Shown here piece by piece: positions 48,505 through 58,823 of a stretch of 64,000 nt of DNA (position 1 is the stretch's first letter; each line of letters starts with the position of its first letter). The stretch comes from Treponemataceae bacterium. Its GTDB lineage: Bacteria > Spirochaetota > Spirochaetia > Treponematales > Rectinemataceae. The translations under genes and the position numbers were made by a program. The stretch is taken from assembly GCA_963667725.2 (NCBI GenBank), contig CAXXHO010000003.1, positions 832,001-896,000 on the forward strand, written 5' to 3'. The notes beneath the pieces were generated by a model. It was not told the DNA's origin, ran no database searches, and was given only the letters and a program-made list of their open reading frames with translations.

Positions 48505-49713
48505 ATGAAATTTTCGAAACGCATCGATTTTTCCGCCGCCCGAAACGATCTGGAACTGGAACGAAGCGAGCGAAGACGCCTGGGCCTGCCCGTTTTCGAC
48601 CTGTCGCAGTCGAATCCCACGAAAACCGGATTCGCCCACCAGTCTTCGGAACTGGCGCTGGCGCTTTCCAGCGAAGAAAACCGTCTCTATTCTCCCGACC
48701 CCAGGGGCCTGGCGCACGGACGCGCCGACATAGCCTCCCATGTCTCGCTCTCCGGGAAAAGCGTCGACGCGAACCATCTTCTTCTCTGCGCGTCGACTTC
48801 GGAAGCATATTCCTACCTTTTCAAGCTTCTCTGCGATCCCGGCGAATCGGTTCTCGTGCCAAGGCCGGGATATCCGCTTTTCGACCATCTGGCGGCCCTG
48901 GAATCGGTGCGAGCCTTGGGTTACAGACTCGAATATCGTCATCCTTGCGGATGGAGCATCGACCTCTCCTCCCTGCGGGAGATACTGGAAGGCCCCGACG
49001 GCGCGAGCGTCAAGGCTATCGTCCTCATAAATCCCAACAATCCCACCGGTTCCTATCTGCGCGAAACCGAACTGGCTGCCATCATCGAGCTCTGCCGCGT
49101 CCATTCCCTGGCCATCATCGCCGATGAAGTATTCCATGGATACGAACTCGAGCCCAGGGAGGGGAGGGTATCCCTTCGCGGCAGGGAGGAAGTCCTCACC
49201 TTCGTTCTCGACGGCCTTTCCAAGCGGCTTTGCCTGCCTCAGATGAAGCTGGGCTGGATTTCGGTCTCGGGTCCCGAGGAAGATGTCGAGAGCGCCATAG
49301 GCGCCCTCGAGCTCATCTCCGACGCCTTCCTTTCCGCGGGAACGCCTATCATGAACGCCGCGGGCAAGCTTCTTTCACGCGAGAACGAAACGGTTTCGGC
49401 GGTGAGGGAACGCATGCGGAGCGTCTACGGCATTTACCGGGAAATCCTGGAATACGAAGGCTCGCCGCACCGGGTCCTCGCCTGCGAGGGCGGCTGGACG
49501 GCCCTCGTGCAAAGTCCGCGTTTCGCATGCGAGGAAGAGCTCGCGCGGGGTCTTCTGCGCGATGAAGGAATCTACGTGCACCCGGGATTTTTCTTCGACA
49601 TGGAAAAAGAAGCGTATTTCGCCTTCAGCCTGATCATAGATCCCGAGGAGGCCAGGCTGGCCGCAGTGAAATACAGAGCGTATTTCGACCGGTTTCTGCA
49701 TTACAGCAGATAA
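48505..49713 (+). CDS. PLP-dependent aminotransferase class I/II
   Basis: NPNNPTG, ADEVF, GLSK. Confidence 0.9.
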   Translation: MKFSKRIDFSAARNDLELERSERRRLGLPVFDLSQSNPTKTGFAHQSSELALALSSEENRLYSPDPRGLAHGRADIASHVSLSGKSVDANHLLLCASTSEAYSYLFKLLCDPGESVLVPRPGYPLFDHLAALESVRALGYRLEYRHPCGWSIDLSSLREILEGPDGASVKAIVLINPNNPTGSYLRETELAAIIELCRVHSLAIIADEVFHGYELEPREGRVSLRGREEVLTFVLDGLSKRLCLPQMKLGWISVSGPEEDVESAIGALELISDAFLSAGTPIMNAAGKLLSRENETVSAVRERMRSVYGIYREILEYEGSPHRVLACEGGWTALVQSPRFACEEELARGLLRDEGIYVHPGFFFDMEKEAYFAFSLIIDPEEARLAAVKYRAYFDRFLHYSR

Positions 49714-49734
49714 TTGAATAAAGGAGGGGATAAC

Positions 49735-50610
49735 ATGTCGGCTGCCATAATAAACGGAAAGGAAATCGCGAAGGAAATCCGCGCGGAAATAAAAACAAGA
49801 GTGCGGGCGCTCGCCGCCCAAGGCATCGTGCCGGGTTTGGCTGTCGTCCTGGTGGGCGAGGATCCGGCCTCCCTCTCCTATGTTACCGGAAAGGAAAAAG
49901 CATGCGTCGAGGCGGGGATCGCCAGCTATGGACGCCATCTCCCGGCGTCGACGAGCCAGGAAGAACTCCTTGCCCTGGTGAAGGCCTATAACGACGACGA
50001 CAGGGTGCACGGAATCCTCGTCCAGCTGCCGCTTCCCGGCCATATAGACGAAAACGCGGTGATCGCGGCGATTTCGCCTGACAAGGACGTGGACGGGTTC
50101 ACGCCGATAAATATTGGCAGGATGTTCCTCGAGGAGCCCTGCTATCTGCCTTGTACGCCGGCTGGCATCCTCGAGATGATTAAGCGGAGCGGAATCCCGA
50201 CAAAGGGCGCGAATGTCGTCGTCGTGGGCAGATCCAATATCGTCGGCAAACCCCTCATGAACCTGCTCGTGCGAAAATCCATCAACGCCACGGTCACGGT
50301 ATGCCATACGGGGACGAAAGATCTGGCGTCGTATTGCATGAACGCCGATATTCTAATAGCATGTGCCGGGAAAGCCGGCCTGATACGCGGCGACATGGTC
50401 AAGCCGGGCGCCTGCGTCATCGACGTAGGCGTGAACCGCGTGGAAGACGCCGCGGCGGCCAAAGGCTATCGATTGACCGGCGACGTGGATTTCGAGGCGG
50501 CCTCCAGGGTGGCGGGATGGATAACGCCCGTGCCGGGCGGCGTCGGACCCATGACGATCACCATGCTTCTCGCCAATACCGTCGAAGCCGCATCCCGTTC
50601 GGCCGTATGA
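49735..50610 (+). CDS. folD: Methylene-THF dehydrogenase/cyclohydrolase
   Basis: VQLPLP, KDVDG, PCTP, GRSNIVGKP, PGGVGPMT. Confidence 0.96.
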   Translation: MSAAIINGKEIAKEIRAEIKTRVRALAAQGIVPGLAVVLVGEDPASLSYVTGKEKACVEAGIASYGRHLPASTSQEELLALVKAYNDDDRVHGILVQLPLPGHIDENAVIAAISPDKDVDGFTPINIGRMFLEEPCYLPCTPAGILEMIKRSGIPTKGANVVVVGRSNIVGKPLMNLLVRKSINATVTVCHTGTKDLASYCMNADILIACAGKAGLIRGDMVKPGACVIDVGVNRVEDAAAAKGYRLTGDVDFEAASRVAGWITPVPGGVGPMTITMLLANTVEAASRSAV

Positions 50611-50650
50611 AGCCCGACTGAAAAGAAACGACCCGGAGGTCGAACAATCC

Positions 50651-51418
50651 ATGGTCGATGTTCAATCCATGAAAGATGAGCGCCGCATCCCCATCCAGAA
50701 AGTGGGCGTGAAGGGCGTGCGCTATCCTATAACGCTCAGGGACAAGACCGCCCAGATCCAGCACACCACGGCTGTCGTCAATCTCTACGCCGACCTTCCC
50801 CACGAATTCAAGGGCACGCACATGAGCCGCTTCATCGAGGTTTTTGAGGAATTCCGCTCGGATCTCTCGATGCCCAATTTTCTCGGGATGCTTCAGAAAA
50901 TAAGAGCCGAGCTGGAAGCCGAAACGGCCTATTCCGACATCCACTTTCCCTATTTCATCCAGAAAGCGGCGCCTGTTTCGGGGCAGACTTCGATAATGAG
51001 CTATGATTGTTCCTACGAGGGAAAGGTATCGGCGGCAGGCCATTCTTTCATCGCCGGCGTGACCGTTCCCGTGCAGACCGTCTGTCCCTGCTCGAAGGCC
51101 ATATCTAGCCAGGGGGCGCACAACCAGAGGGGACTCGTGACCCTGAAGGTCGCTCTGGGGCCGTTTTTCTGGTTCGAGGACATGATCGCCATCGTGGAGG
51201 ATTCCGCCTCCAGCGACCTCTACACACTGCTGAAGCGCGAGGATGAAAAATACGTTACCGAACGGTCATATGACCGTCCGAGGTTTGTCGAGGACCTTGT
51301 GAGAGAAGTATATTTGAAAGTGGACAGGCTGGGAAAGTTTCCAAAGTTCTCAGTCGAAGCCGAGAACTTCGAAAGCATACATAATCATTCGGCGTATGCC
51401 TTTGTCGAAAAAAATTGA
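50651..51418 (+). CDS. folE2: GTP cyclohydrolase IB
   Basis: KGTHMSRF, CPCSK, HNQRG, LLKREDE, ESIHNH. Confidence 0.95.
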   Translation: MVDVQSMKDERRIPIQKVGVKGVRYPITLRDKTAQIQHTTAVVNLYADLPHEFKGTHMSRFIEVFEEFRSDLSMPNFLGMLQKIRAELEAETAYSDIHFPYFIQKAAPVSGQTSIMSYDCSYEGKVSAAGHSFIAGVTVPVQTVCPCSKAISSQGAHNQRGLVTLKVALGPFFWFEDMIAIVEDSASSDLYTLLKREDEKYVTERSYDRPRFVEDLVREVYLKVDRLGKFPKFSVEAENFESIHNHSAYAFVEKN

Positions 51419-51430
51419 GAAGGAGCGACT

Positions 51431-51787
51431 ATGTCCGATAAATATCCCGTCGAGCAGAAGGACTTAAGCGAAAAAGGCACCAAGGGCATAATGTCGGCCG
51501 GGGCGGGCGTTGGCCTTCTCGGCATCAACGCCCTCCTCGGCATACCAGTACTGGGCTGGGCTCTTTCCGCGGGCATGCTCGTGCTCGGCGCCATGGGCGT
51601 CTTCGGCAAGACCAAGACCGACAAAGTATCGGGAACGGTCTTCACGGTAGCCGGCATCGCCGGCCTTACGACCATGTTCCTGCCGGGTCTCGCCCACAGC
51701 CTCCTCAGCCTGGGCGGCATCGGGCTTCTCATCTATGGTCTCGCGAACATCGGAGGCTTCCTTACGGGGCTTCGCAAAAAGAACTGA
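51431..51787 (+). CDS. Small Gly-rich membrane protein
   Basis: AAGGAG RBS, about four hydrophobic helices. Confidence 0.75.
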   Translation: MSDKYPVEQKDLSEKGTKGIMSAGAGVGLLGINALLGIPVLGWALSAGMLVLGAMGVFGKTKTDKVSGTVFTVAGIAGLTTMFLPGLAHSLLSLGGIGLLIYGLANIGGFLTGLRKKN

Positions 51788-51801
51788 CGGATATCCATTC
51801 A

Positions 51802-53127
51802 ATGAAATACTACCTCGAGACATACGGCTGCGAGATGAACAAAGCCGAGTCCGCCGCCCTGGAGACAATACTGCGCGAACATGGCTGGCGGAGCGGAACC
51901 AGGGAAGAAGCCGATCTCGTCCTTATCAATACCTGCACCGTTCGAGCGACGGCCGAAAACCGCGCTTGGGCAAGAATTTCCCTCTTCGCGGCCGAAAAGC
52001 GCAGGCGCAAATTCGTCCTCATGGTGGTGGGCTGCATGGCGGAGCAGTACCACGATGAGATGAAAAAGCGAGTGCCGGAAATCGATTACGTTTTAGGCAC
52101 TTTCCAGAAACAGTCCTTCGGTCTCGTGATGGACCAGATTGCGGCCGGCACGCATTATGACCTGGCGGACGAATCGCCTTCCTATGTCTTCTCGAAGACT
52201 CACCACGAACCCGGCGCTTTCAGGGCTTTTGTGCCCATCATGCACGGCTGCAACAATTTCTGCAGCTACTGCATCGTGCCCTTCGTCCGCGGCAGGGAAA
52301 TCTCGCGTTCGCCCGCGGATATCCTGGCCGAGCTGGACAGTCTCGAAGCGGCCGGCGTGCGCGAGGTCACCCTCCTGGGGCAGAACGTCAATTCATACAG
52401 ATGGGCGGGAGAGACGGGCGGCATCAATTTTCCCGGACTGCTCAGGATAATCGCGGCTCACCTGCGCGAGAAGAGGCGGGCGGCAGGCATCGGCTGGATA
52501 CGATTTCTCACCAGTCACCCCAAGGACCTTTCCGAGGAGCTTGTCAGGGTGATCGCCGAGGAACCGGTATTCTGTCGGCATATCCATCTATGCATCCAAT
52601 CCGGATCCAATCGAGTTCTCGCCCTAATGAACCGAAAATATACGAAGGAATACTTCCTTGGCCTCGTCGACATGATGAGAACCGCCATTCCCGGCCTCTC
52701 CCTGTCTACCGACATTCTCGTGGGCTTCCCGGGGGAGACGGAGGAAGATCTGGAGGAAACCCTCGACGTGATGAGAAAAGTGCGTTTTGCTTTCTCCTTT
52801 ATGTATCATTTCAATCCGAGGGAAGGCACTCCGGCGGTGAAATTGCCGGACAGGGTTCCCGACAAGGTCAAGAAAGCGAGACTGGCGCGGGTTATCGCCC
52901 TCCAGAAGGAAATAAGCACGGAGCTCATGACGGAAAGATTGGGGGCCGTGGATGAAGTGCTCATCGAGGGCAAATCCCGGCGGTCTTCGAAGGAAATGCT
53001 GGCCAGGACGGCAAGGGACGAAATGGTTGTCCTGCCGGCCGATCCTTCCCGGATCGGTCAATTCGCGCGGGTGAGGCTGTCCGCGAAATCGGGCAACACC
53101 TTCAGGGCGGAAGAGGTGCATGAATAG
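51802..53127 (+). CDS. miaB: tRNA methylthiotransferase MiaB
   Basis: TYGCEMN, NTCTVR, CNNFCSYCIVP, C-terminal TRAM. Confidence 0.93.
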   Translation: MKYYLETYGCEMNKAESAALETILREHGWRSGTREEADLVLINTCTVRATAENRAWARISLFAAEKRRRKFVLMVVGCMAEQYHDEMKKRVPEIDYVLGTFQKQSFGLVMDQIAAGTHYDLADESPSYVFSKTHHEPGAFRAFVPIMHGCNNFCSYCIVPFVRGREISRSPADILAELDSLEAAGVREVTLLGQNVNSYRWAGETGGINFPGLLRIIAAHLREKRRAAGIGWIRFLTSHPKDLSEELVRVIAEEPVFCRHIHLCIQSGSNRVLALMNRKYTKEYFLGLVDMMRTAIPGLSLSTDILVGFPGETEEDLEETLDVMRKVRFAFSFMYHFNPREGTPAVKLPDRVPDKVKKARLARVIALQKEISTELMTERLGAVDEVLIEGKSRRSSKEMLARTARDEMVVLPADPSRIGQFARVRLSAKSGNTFRAEEVHE

Positions 53128-54235
53128 AAAATTGACGGCGCTGCTTTTTCTCGTCTTCCTGGCCGCCGCGGCTTTTGGGCAAAGCTCCAAGTCGCCCGCG
53201 GCCCCGATCGCGCCAGTCCTGCCGTCAACACCCAAGATTACGGGCGAACCGACCCTCGCGGCGGCCAGAAGCGCCGTCGCCAAAATGATAGGGAAGGAAG
53301 CTTTCGGAAACTATCTGGAAACCTATGCCCTCGCGCTGCCCCTCCACGACGCCGTCGCTCTCTGCAGGGAATTCCTGCCCAAGGCTCAGGCGGCGCAAAG
53401 CGCCAATCTTGCCGCTTTCGCTGGTTCCATCGCTCTTCTGGCGGGACGCTATGACGATGCCGCTTCCCTGTATTCGCAAGGATCGACAGCTACTGCGGGA
53501 ATTCACCCTGATTTGAACCTCAAGGCGGCTCGCTGTTACCTGGCGGCGGGAAATACCGTCGCGGCAAAAACGCAGCTGGATCTTGTCCCCAATGACGCGG
53601 AAGGGAAACCCTGGGAGCCGGCTCGACAGCTTGCCCTTTCCTGGCTCTACCTGTTCGAGGGCGAACCGGAAAAAGCCTTCATACTATTGCAGCCTCTCGT
53701 CTCGGAGAAAGGCGGCCAAGCCTCGCGTCGCGAAGCTCTTTTTCTCCTCTGGCTGGCGGCCGGCTCTCCCGAATTCGCGGATTTTAAGGTTTCCACAAAG
53801 GGGCTGGACGCGAGAAGCGTGGAAGCCATGCTCCAGTCCGAGTTTCCCGGCTCCATGGAGCAGGCTCTTACCAGGAAAGAAGTCTTTGCCAAGCCGGCTT
53901 CCTGGCTCCTGGCGGCGCTCTATGCGCCCTCCCGGGCCGCGATAGGTATGACGGTCGCGGAGCGCAGCCTGGCCAAACATGAGGCTCCCAAGGCTCAGGC
54001 CGCGGGATCGGAGAGCTCCATGACGCAGCTGCAGGTGGGGTGGTTTTCCCGCAGGGAAAATGCCACGACATTGACCGCGAAACTCGTGAAATTGGGATTT
54101 TTGGCCAAGACTGACGAGCAGAAAACAAAAGAGGGCGAACTGCGCTGGGCGGTGATCGTGGATGCGTCGGGGGATTGGTCCAAGACTCAGGCCAAACTCA
54201 AGGACCTGGGATACGAGTCATATCTCCTGCCTTAA
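53120..54235 (+). CDS. Secreted TPR-like protein with C-terminal SPOR domain
   Basis: Signal peptide, helical repeats, LQVGWFSRRENA. Confidence 0.75.
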   Translation: MNRKLTALLFLVFLAAAAFGQSSKSPAAPIAPVLPSTPKITGEPTLAAARSAVAKMIGKEAFGNYLETYALALPLHDAVALCREFLPKAQAAQSANLAAFAGSIALLAGRYDDAASLYSQGSTATAGIHPDLNLKAARCYLAAGNTVAAKTQLDLVPNDAEGKPWEPARQLALSWLYLFEGEPEKAFILLQPLVSEKGGQASRREALFLLWLAAGSPEFADFKVSTKGLDARSVEAMLQSEFPGSMEQALTRKEVFAKPASWLLAALYAPSRAAIGMTVAERSLAKHEAPKAQAAGSESSMTQLQVGWFSRRENATTLTAKLVKLGFLAKTDEQKTKEGELRWAVIVDASGDWSKTQAKLKDLGYESYLLP

Positions 54236-55821
54236 TCGTCGAGTTTCCGGAGCAGAATATCGGGCTGATATAGCCTCTCTACCCTGTCCGAAAGAACCTG
54301 AGCCGGCTGGAGGATAAGCGTACTGATCCCATTGTTTTTTCCCAGCCTGATTTTAACCATATAGCTGAGTCGGCCGGATGGAATGGATTTGTCATCGATG
54401 AGGCTGAGATCCAGGATAACCTCATCGTCGACCTGGAATAGCGTGAAGAATCCCTGTGAAGCCAGACTCAGTCTGAATTTTCCCCCGATCAGATCGAGCC
54501 GCATGCCGTTTTCCGAAGCGTAGAAACCATCGAAATCCCCTAGTCTCAACGCGATCTCAGCCTCGCCGCCATCGAGCCCCACGCTGAAGGAGGTTTCGGC
54601 GGGCAGCATTTTAAAACTTTCCTTACGGGATGTCGTGTTTTCGTTCGATGGGCGTCTGTAGACGCCGTTCCAGTCCTCCTTCATGGCGAACTTGACGATC
54701 TGCTGGGCCGTGGCTCGTATCCTCACCTTATCCAAACCCACGAGATCGATGCCGAGAAGGCGGATCATATCGGGCACGGCGCTGTTGGAAATAGGCGCGT
54801 AAATGCCGGCGAAAGCCGCGTTCGATCTGCCCCAGTCCCACTGCTGCTGTTCCTGTTCGCTATGGAGGGAGATTTTTCTTCCTTCGGGATCGAAGAAGAC
54901 GAGGGTGGGGACAGCGCCTTCTTCGTCTTCCTTTATCCAAAGCCCCTTTAAGTAGTCATCGAAGTCCTCGGCTTGTCCGGTAAGAATCCTGTTTATAAAG
55001 AGTTGTTCGATATTTCCTCCGGGAACGAAGGATTCGGCTCCCCGCTCGAATTTCCTGCTGAAATGATTCCAGGAATACATGATTCTTTTCTGGTCGAGCG
55101 GAGAGGCCCCGCCGGGAGCCTCTACATAGACGCTGATCAAGATCGGCTCCTTGCCCTTGGGAAGGAGTTCGGCCAGAAGTTGGGACAAGGTTTTCTTTGA
55201 CATGGATTCGACGATACCTGTTTCGGCCTCCACCTCGGCCTCAGCCGGCTCCTCGAAGCTAATGGATAGTCCCGATTCCGAAAAGGCGGTGTAATAGGAA
55301 TTGGATCGGGCGGAGGGACGTTTGAAAACCGTGAGGGTTTGTCTATTGTCTTCGTCTATCCCGTAGCAGAAGAGATCGACGCTCCCGTCGGCCAGAAGAT
55401 CCTTGGGCTGGACAACGACAGCGTTGGGCTTGGTGGCGAGGGTTTCACCCTTCCATAGCCTGAAATAGCTGCTGGAATTGGGCAGGAAATCGGCGATGAC
55501 GATGGAAATCCTTCCGTTTTGCGTGTTAGTCGGCTTCACGATCAGAATTTGTTCCAGATCTTCGTCTTCGTCCAGGTTCATGTCGACGACATCGAGCAGC
55601 GTCTCATCCCATTCCAGGTTGATCTTCGACCGTTGCGCCGCCGTGGATTTTTCGCCGACTTCGCCCGCTTCGTTCGATACGGCTTCTATTTCCACCACCC
55701 TTCCCGCGACGGGCAATGTCGCGGCCAGGTTCTCCTGCCGCATCCTGGCGAAAAAATAGATAAAAAGACCGAAAGCGAGGATGAATGTCACGATCAGGAT
55801 GGCTTGGATGACTCTTTTCAT
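54232..55821 (-). CDS. N-terminally anchored extracytoplasmic protein; tentatively pallilysin-related adhesin family
   Basis: Single N-terminal TM, acidic DMNLDEDEDLEQ motif, near miaB as recalled for treponemes; family call from memory only. Confidence 0.55.
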   Translation of the reverse strand: MKRVIQAILIVTFILAFGLFIYFFARMRQENLAATLPVAGRVVEIEAVSNEAGEVGEKSTAAQRSKINLEWDETLLDVVDMNLDEDEDLEQILIVKPTNTQNGRISIVIADFLPNSSSYFRLWKGETLATKPNAVVVQPKDLLADGSVDLFCYGIDEDNRQTLTVFKRPSARSNSYYTAFSESGLSISFEEPAEAEVEAETGIVESMSKKTLSQLLAELLPKGKEPILISVYVEAPGGASPLDQKRIMYSWNHFSRKFERGAESFVPGGNIEQLFINRILTGQAEDFDDYLKGLWIKEDEEGAVPTLVFFDPEGRKISLHSEQEQQQWDWGRSNAAFAGIYAPISNSAVPDMIRLLGIDLVGLDKVRIRATAQQIVKFAMKEDWNGVYRRPSNENTTSRKESFKMLPAETSFSVGLDGGEAEIALRLGDFDGFYASENGMRLDLIGGKFRLSLASQGFFTLFQVDDEVILDLSLIDDKSIPSGRLSYMVKIRLGKNNGISTLILQPAQVLSDRVERLYQPDILLRKLDD

Positions 55822-55920
55822 TGGCTGAACCAAGGTTGTTGTAGCACAGGGCACAGGAACGAGACAAGCGCGGAAGGATGGCGGCGCCGCGGAAGACATG
55901 ATATCATCAGCCATTCTATC

Positions 55921-57327
55921 ATGAAGACCATCAAGAATAAATCGGCACGCGTACTTATGTTCGCTTCCGCCTTCGTGCTTCTCAGCGCCGTGGCTCTGCT
56001 CTGGATCACCATGATTAGAGAGACCGAGCGCAAGGACCTCCTTCTCGAGTATGAGGCGTTTCGGGCTTCCAGCGCCATCGTCGAAGAATATCGGCAGGAC
56101 AGATCCTTTACCCCCGAGGGCGACAAAAGGGTTTTGGGCTTCGGTTTCTACCGAATCGATGGCAGCGCCTTTCAGCGCTATGGCACGGCCCCGGAGACGA
56201 TTCTGCTCAGGGACGTGCTCTGGGCGAGAAGGCAGGATAATAAAAACGGCGACCTGCCAAGCGGAGTCTCCGTTACTTTCTCTGAGGACAAGAAAACTCT
56301 GCGGCTTTTACGCTATTCCGGACTGCAAAACCCCTCCAGAATGATGGGGAGCGGCGGAAGCGCGACCGGGATGGGCATGGGCTGGGGAAGACTGGCCGCC
56401 CCGCTCTCGCCTGGGCTTCAGGATGAAACGGCCACGACACCGGCGCAAACCGCGCTGGTAGGCACCTATCTCATCTGGATGGAATATTCGGCCAACGGCC
56501 TTAGCGCCGAGAGGCTGCAGTTTTTCCTCGTGGCGGCGCTGATCACCGCCGCTCTTCTTGGACTGTATATCGTCCTGATTTTCGTTTTTAGACACAACGA
56601 GGAACTGGTGAGCCGCGAAGCTGAGACGAGGGAGCTTGTCCAGCTCGGGGAAGCGGCCAGAACCCTTGTCCACGAGATAAAAAACCCTCTCGGCATAATG
56701 CGCATCCAGACGGCCAAGATAAGGCGAATTGCCCTACAGCCTGAAACTTCGACATCATTGACCCAATCAGCCGATATCATCGAAGGCGAGATAATGAGGC
56801 TCTCGGGATTGGCAGACCGGATTCGCGAATTCCTGAAATCGAAACCGGCCCGGCGCGATCCCCTGGATCTCGTGCCCTTTCTGAGGGCTTATTGCGGCCG
56901 CTATCAAGATCTGAAGGATTCGGATATAAGCCTTGCCCAGGAAATTCCCGCTAGCGGGACAGCCATGGTCCTCGCCGACGCCGACAAGCTCGTCACGGCG
57001 CTGGACAATATCCTGCGCAACGCCATCGAAGCGGTGGAAGATCTCCCGGCCGGAGAAAAGCGCATCGCGCTCAAGCTTTTCCGCAGGGAAAACAATTGGG
57101 TGATAGCCGTGGTGGACTCGGGAATGGGCGTGCCTCCCGAAATACTGTCGCGCATTTTCGATCCTTTCTTCACGACAAAGGAAAAAGGCAGCGGCATAGG
57201 CCTCGCGCTGGCCAAGCGCCTCGTCGAATCCTTCGGGGGAAGCCTGACCTATGAAGGCGGGGACAGGGGCGGCGGCGCTGTCTTCCTGATCACCCTGAAA
57301 GAAGAGCAATCGACTTTAGGTAAATAA
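55921..57327 (+). CDS. Orphan sensor histidine kinase (HisKA + HATPase)
   Basis: HEIKNPL, NAIEA, DSGMG, PFFTTK, GSGIGL; two TM helices. Confidence 0.9.
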   Translation: MKTIKNKSARVLMFASAFVLLSAVALLWITMIRETERKDLLLEYEAFRASSAIVEEYRQDRSFTPEGDKRVLGFGFYRIDGSAFQRYGTAPETILLRDVLWARRQDNKNGDLPSGVSVTFSEDKKTLRLLRYSGLQNPSRMMGSGGSATGMGMGWGRLAAPLSPGLQDETATTPAQTALVGTYLIWMEYSANGLSAERLQFFLVAALITAALLGLYIVLIFVFRHNEELVSREAETRELVQLGEAARTLVHEIKNPLGIMRIQTAKIRRIALQPETSTSLTQSADIIEGEIMRLSGLADRIREFLKSKPARRDPLDLVPFLRAYCGRYQDLKDSDISLAQEIPASGTAMVLADADKLVTALDNILRNAIEAVEDLPAGEKRIALKLFRRENNWVIAVVDSGMGVPPEILSRIFDPFFTTKEKGSGIGLALAKRLVESFGGSLTYEGGDRGGGAVFLITLKEEQSTLGK

Positions 57328-57338
57328 TTCCGGAAAAT

Positions 57339-57374
57339 GAAAAGGGGCGCGGGATCGAATCCCGCGCCCCTTTT
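57339..57374. terminator. Bidirectional terminator
   Basis: aaaaggggcgcgggat/atcccgcgcccctttt. Confidence 0.85.
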
Positions 57375-57411
57375 CATGGTTAAAATAATACTGGAATGGA
57401 TTGCAGGAAAC

Positions 57412-58611
57412 TCATATCCGCTTCAGGACCCGGGCGATGATCTCCAAGGCTTCGCGCAGTTCTGCCTCTGTTATGACCAGCGGCGGAGCGAAGCGGATGA
57501 TGTTGCCGTGAGTCTGCTTGGCCAGCAGTCCCTCATCCCTCAAGGCGAGGCAGACATCCCAGGCCTGGAACCCTTCCTCGAAGACAATCGCGTTCAGGAG
57601 GCCTTTGCCACGTACCAGCTTCACCTTCGCGCAGGGAATGGCAGCCGCTTCCTTTCGGAACAGCTCGCCGAGGCGCGCCGCGTTCTCCTCAAGTTTTTCG
57701 TCCTCGAGCACTTCGATGGCCGCGATTCCCACGGCGCAGGCGAGAGGGTTTCCGCCGAAGGTGGAACCATGGGTGCCGGGAGTGAAAACGTCCATAACCC
57801 TCTTGTCGGCCACGATGGCTGAGATAGGCATGATGCCGCCGCCGAGGGCCTTGCCCAGACACATGATGTCGGGGCGGGCATCTTCGTACTGCCACGCGAA
57901 ACGCCTGCCGGTCCTGCAGAAACCCGTCTGTATCTCGTCGAAGATGAGGAGGATGCCATGCCGGTCGCAAATCTTCCTCAGCCGGGCGAGATAACCCTCG
58001 GGCGGAACCACCACGCCGGCTTCTCCCTGGATAGGTTCGACAATCACGGCCACGGTATTCTCGTCGATTCTGCTCTCGACGGCCTGGGCGTCCGCGTACG
58101 GCACCTTGATGAATCCGGGCACGTAGGGGCCGTAGTTCACGAGGGATTCGGGATCTATGGACATGGAGATAGCCGCCAGGGTTCTTCCGTGGAAATTGCC
58201 TTCGGCGCATATGATCGTCTGCTTGCCGTTGGGCACTCCCCTGATCTCGGCGCCCCAGCGCCTGGCCGCCTTGAGAGCGGTTTCGACCGCTTCCGCGCCG
58301 GTGTTCATGGGGAGGGCCGCCTCGTAGCCCGTGTATTCGCAGAGCTTTTTAAGAAACAGACCCATCTTGTCGTTATGGAAAGCCCTCGACGTGAGGGTGA
58401 CTTTTTCGAGCTGATCCTTTACCGCCTCGATGATGCGCGGGTGGAGATGGCCCTGGTTGACGGCCGAATATGCCGACAGGAAATCGAAGTAAATCCTGCC
58501 TTCAGGGTCTTTTACCTTGCAGCCTTTTGCCTCAGCGATGACGACGGGGAGCGGATGGTAGTTATGCGCGCCGAACGTTGCGTCCAGGGCGATGTAGTCC
58601 TGGGACTTCAT
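57412..58611 (-). CDS. rocD: Ornithine--oxo-acid aminotransferase
   Basis: AHNYHPLPVV, LSAYSAVNQGH, EPIQGEAGV, DEIQTG, HGSTFGGNPL. Confidence 0.94.
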   Translation of the reverse strand: MKSQDYIALDATFGAHNYHPLPVVIAEAKGCKVKDPEGRIYFDFLSAYSAVNQGHLHPRIIEAVKDQLEKVTLTSRAFHNDKMGLFLKKLCEYTGYEAALPMNTGAEAVETALKAARRWGAEIRGVPNGKQTIICAEGNFHGRTLAAISMSIDPESLVNYGPYVPGFIKVPYADAQAVESRIDENTVAVIVEPIQGEAGVVVPPEGYLARLRKICDRHGILLIFDEIQTGFCRTGRRFAWQYEDARPDIMCLGKALGGGIMPISAIVADKRVMDVFTPGTHGSTFGGNPLACAVGIAAIEVLEDEKLEENAARLGELFRKEAAAIPCAKVKLVRGKGLLNAIVFEEGFQAWDVCLALRDEGLLAKQTHGNIIRFAPPLVITEAELREALEIIARVLKRI

Positions 58612-58729
58612 GGAAGAACCTCCTTGGTATCTCGCCTTTCTGTCGATATCGAAAATTAGGGAGGGCGATTGACTCAGTGTATACCGGGATTGGTTTCCAC
58701 GCCAGAGTAAAAAGGTTAAATCATATTGG

Positions 58730-58768
58730 TATAGATAATTATCGAATTGTGGTGCATAATGATGCAGA
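58730..58768. promoter_or_regulatory. Tandem ARG boxes (ArgR/AhrC sites) upstream of rocD
   Basis: TAGATAATTATCGA (58732) and TGCATAATGATGCA (58753), 21 bp apart. Confidence 0.6.
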
Positions 58769-58823
58769 ATGGCTGGCCCGCGCCAGGCCTAGGTCGGATC
58801 TGAGGCGGGCCGACATCAGGTCA

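Noticed and set aside
55519..55920. N-terminal extension of the histidine kinase ORF
   Set aside because: Overlaps the divergent gene; the likely start is ATG 55921 before the first TM helix.
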